In this document: in pieces, positions 47,088-48,925 of the stretch
Numbering within the stretch: the stretch's first letter is position 1
How the letters are laid out: each line of letters starts with the position of its first letter
Source of the DNA: Gemmatimonadota bacterium
GTDB lineage: Bacteria; Latescibacterota; UBA2968; UBA8231
Length of the DNA: 48,925 bases
Direction: 5' to 3'
Assembly: GCA_038153405.1 (NCBI GenBank)
Contig: JAYOYH010000014.1
Span: forward strand, 6,655 to 55,579
Translations under genes and position numbers: made by a program
Notes under the pieces: model-generated
Seen by the model: the letters and a program-made list of their open reading frames with translations, nothing else
Told to the model about the DNA's origin: nothing
The model's database searches: none

Positions 47088-47116
47088 TTTACCCGTCCGA
47101 TGCCGTGGGTTATATT
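47088..47116 (+). promoter_or_regulatory. sigma70-type promoter TTTACC-N17-TATATT for zwf
   Basis: 17-nt spacer and the same TATATT -10 seen elsewhere in the window. Confidence 0.5.
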
Positions 47117-47193
47117 GTGCAGCGCTACGGCCCTCAGGTGCGACAGCGCCTGCTACCACAATAGAAATGAGTCGATGCATGTCGGGCACATTC

Positions 47194-48690
47194 ATGGCGG
47201 CAGACCGCATTCCCGATCCCTGCAACTTGGTCATTTTTGGCGCGTCAGGCGATCTGACCCGGCGCAAACTAGTACCGGCCATCTGGCATCTGGCGCAGCA
47301 GGGACGCCTGCCCGATTCCTTCGCCCTGATCGGCATTGCGCGCCGCCCCATGGACGACGACGGTTTCCGCCAACACGTGCGCGAGGCCCTCGGCGAATTT
47401 GTCGACCAGCTCGACGCCCTTCTTCTAGAAGACTTTCTCACCAGACTGTACTACGTGCGCGGCGAACCGGACGACCCAACCACGTACACGACCCTGCGCC
47501 AGCGTTTGGAGACGCTCGACCGCGAGCGCGGCACGGGCGGCAATCGCTGTTTCTACTGCTCCGTGCCCCCACAAGTTTACCTCTCCATCGTCGAACAGCT
47601 CGGCGCATCTGGACTCAACCGCGAACAGGTCGACGGCCAGGGCTGGGCGCGCATCATCGTCGAAAAGCCGTTCGGCCACGACTACGAATCGGCCCGCCAG
47701 CTCAACGAAGCCCTGCACGGCGTGTTCAAGGAACACCAGATTTACCGCATCGACCACTATTTGGGCAAGGAGACCGTGCAAAACCTGCTCGTCTTTCGCC
47801 TAGCCAACTCCATTTTTGAGCCGCTGTGGAACCGTCGCTACGTCGACCACGTGCAGATCACCGCCGCCGAGAGCGTCGGCGTCGAGCACCGCGCTGGATA
47901 TTACGATACGTCGGGCGCCTTGCGCGACATGATACAAAACCATCTGCTGCAAATTCTCTGCGTCGTCGCCATGGAACCGCCCTCGACCTTTGATGCGGAA
48001 AGCGTGCGCCTAGAAAAACTCAAAGTGCTCAAATCCATTCGCCCCATTCGCATTGGCGAGGTAGACCGCTACGCGGTGCGCGCCCAATACGCCGACGGCC
48101 ATGCTGGCTCTGAGCAAGTTCAGGGCTACTTGCAGGAACAGGACGTGCCGCCCGATTCGCGCACCGAGACCTTTGCCGCGCTGCGCTTCACCATAGATAA
48201 CTGGCGCTGGCAGGGCGTACCGTTCTACGTGCGCACCGGCAAGCGCCTGCCCAAGCGCGCCAGTGCGATCACCCTGCAATTTCACCGTCCCCCGCATCAG
48301 ATTTTCCAGCAGGACGCCGACCTGCCACCAAGCACGCTGACCATACGCATCCAGCCCGAAGAGGGCATCTCGCTTTCCTTTAACGGCAAGATACCCGGCC
48401 CCGACGTGCGATTGGGCAACGTGAAAATGGACTTTTCCTACGCCGATGCCTTTGGCGGGCGCACGCCCGATGCCTACGAGACGCTGCTGTTAGACTGCCT
48501 TCAGGGCGACGCCACGCTCTACGCCGACAGCGACTGGATCGAAAAGTCGTGGGAATTGCTCATGCCCCTCTTGGAAGCCTGGCACGCGACCTTCTCGGGG
48601 CGCGTGCCCTCCTATCCGGCAGGCACCTGGGGCCCCAAAGAAGCCAATGGACTAATGGACGAGGAATGGAGAAAATGGGCGGAACTGTAA
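47194..48690 (+). CDS. zwf: Glucose-6-phosphate 1-dehydrogenase
   Basis: IFGASGDL, RIIVEKPFG, YRIDHYLGKETVQN, DMIQNHL and WQGVPF..RTGKRL. Start is ATG 47167, 47179 or 47194. Confidence 0.97.
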   Translation: MAADRIPDPCNLVIFGASGDLTRRKLVPAIWHLAQQGRLPDSFALIGIARRPMDDDGFRQHVREALGEFVDQLDALLLEDFLTRLYYVRGEPDDPTTYTTLRQRLETLDRERGTGGNRCFYCSVPPQVYLSIVEQLGASGLNREQVDGQGWARIIVEKPFGHDYESARQLNEALHGVFKEHQIYRIDHYLGKETVQNLLVFRLANSIFEPLWNRRYVDHVQITAAESVGVEHRAGYYDTSGALRDMIQNHLLQILCVVAMEPPSTFDAESVRLEKLKVLKSIRPIRIGEVDRYAVRAQYADGHAGSEQVQGYLQEQDVPPDSRTETFAALRFTIDNWRWQGVPFYVRTGKRLPKRASAITLQFHRPPHQIFQQDADLPPSTLTIRIQPEEGISLSFNGKIPGPDVRLGNVKMDFSYADAFGGRTPDAYETLLLDCLQGDATLYADSDWIEKSWELLMPLLEAWHATFSGRVPSYPAGTWGPKEANGLMDEEWRKWAEL

Positions 48691-48925
48691 TTCTGGCCGG
48701 CGACGTAGGCGGCACGAAGACCTACCTAGCTGCTTACCAGCCGCAGGACAGCGGCTTTGAACCCCTGTTTGAAACGCGCTACACCACGCGCGACTACGCC
48801 GATACCAGCGCCCTGCTCGCCGCGTTTATCGAAGAGAGCGGACACGCACCCCAGCGCATTGTGCTCGGCGTGCCCGGCCCGGTGCGCCAGCTGCCGGTGC
48901 GCGCCGTCAATCTGCCGTGGATGAT
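48675..48925 (+). CDS. glk: Glucokinase, N-terminal part (runs off the window end; absent from the ORF track)
   Basis: ATG 48675 gives MGGTVILAGDVGGTKT...GVPGPV.....NLPW; overlaps the zwf stop. Confidence 0.88.
   Translation, partial: MGGTVILAGDVGGTKTYLAAYQPQDSGFEPLFETRYTTRDYADTSALLAAFIEESGHAPQRIVLGVPGPVRQLPVRAVNLPWM

Noticed and set aside
47020..47166. N-terminal extensions in the ORF track (zwf, rpsU, rpsR, BMC, phyH, gpr, MFS)
   Set aside because: The extensions overlap promoters, terminators or neighbouring genes and lack family similarity, so downstream starts were used.

Overview
This is a gene-dense, GC-rich chromosomal window with about 50 genes from a diderm bacterium. Gene content suggests the FCB group, with Ca. 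Latescibacterota or Gemmatimonadota-like as an inference from porX-tsaE synteny, a region-1.1-less sigma70, several beta-barrels and a BMC shell gene. I found no rRNA, tRNA, CRISPR array, IS element or prophage. Housekeeping genes include arfB, rpsR, rpsU, tsaE, ctaA, zwf and a partial glk. Sugar-acid catabolism is represented by IlvD/Edd and DgoD-like dehydratases, an SSS symporter and an ADP-ribosylglycohydrolase-family gene. An envelope block at about 30.5-43 kb holds a TPR lipoprotein / peptidase-propeller-Omp85 / lipoprotein operon facing a histidine kinase-porX-tsaE-YjbH-FadL-lipoprotein run. Main leads: (1) the POTRA-less gluzincin + beta-propeller Omp85 operon; (2) two unannotated promoter-to-terminator small-RNA candidates at about 47.0 kb and 6.85-7.04 kb; (3) an orphan rpsR that appears to start at ATC and is co-transcribed with a BMC shell gene carrying a basic helical tail; (4) a kinase with a triplicated sensor module directly upstream of porX; (5) an orphan minimal flagellin with a sigma54-type promoter; (6) a double-ATP-cone 2-phosphoglycerate-kinase-like protein; (7) a truncated GH3 remnant. 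All calls come from motif recognition by eye; no searches were run.
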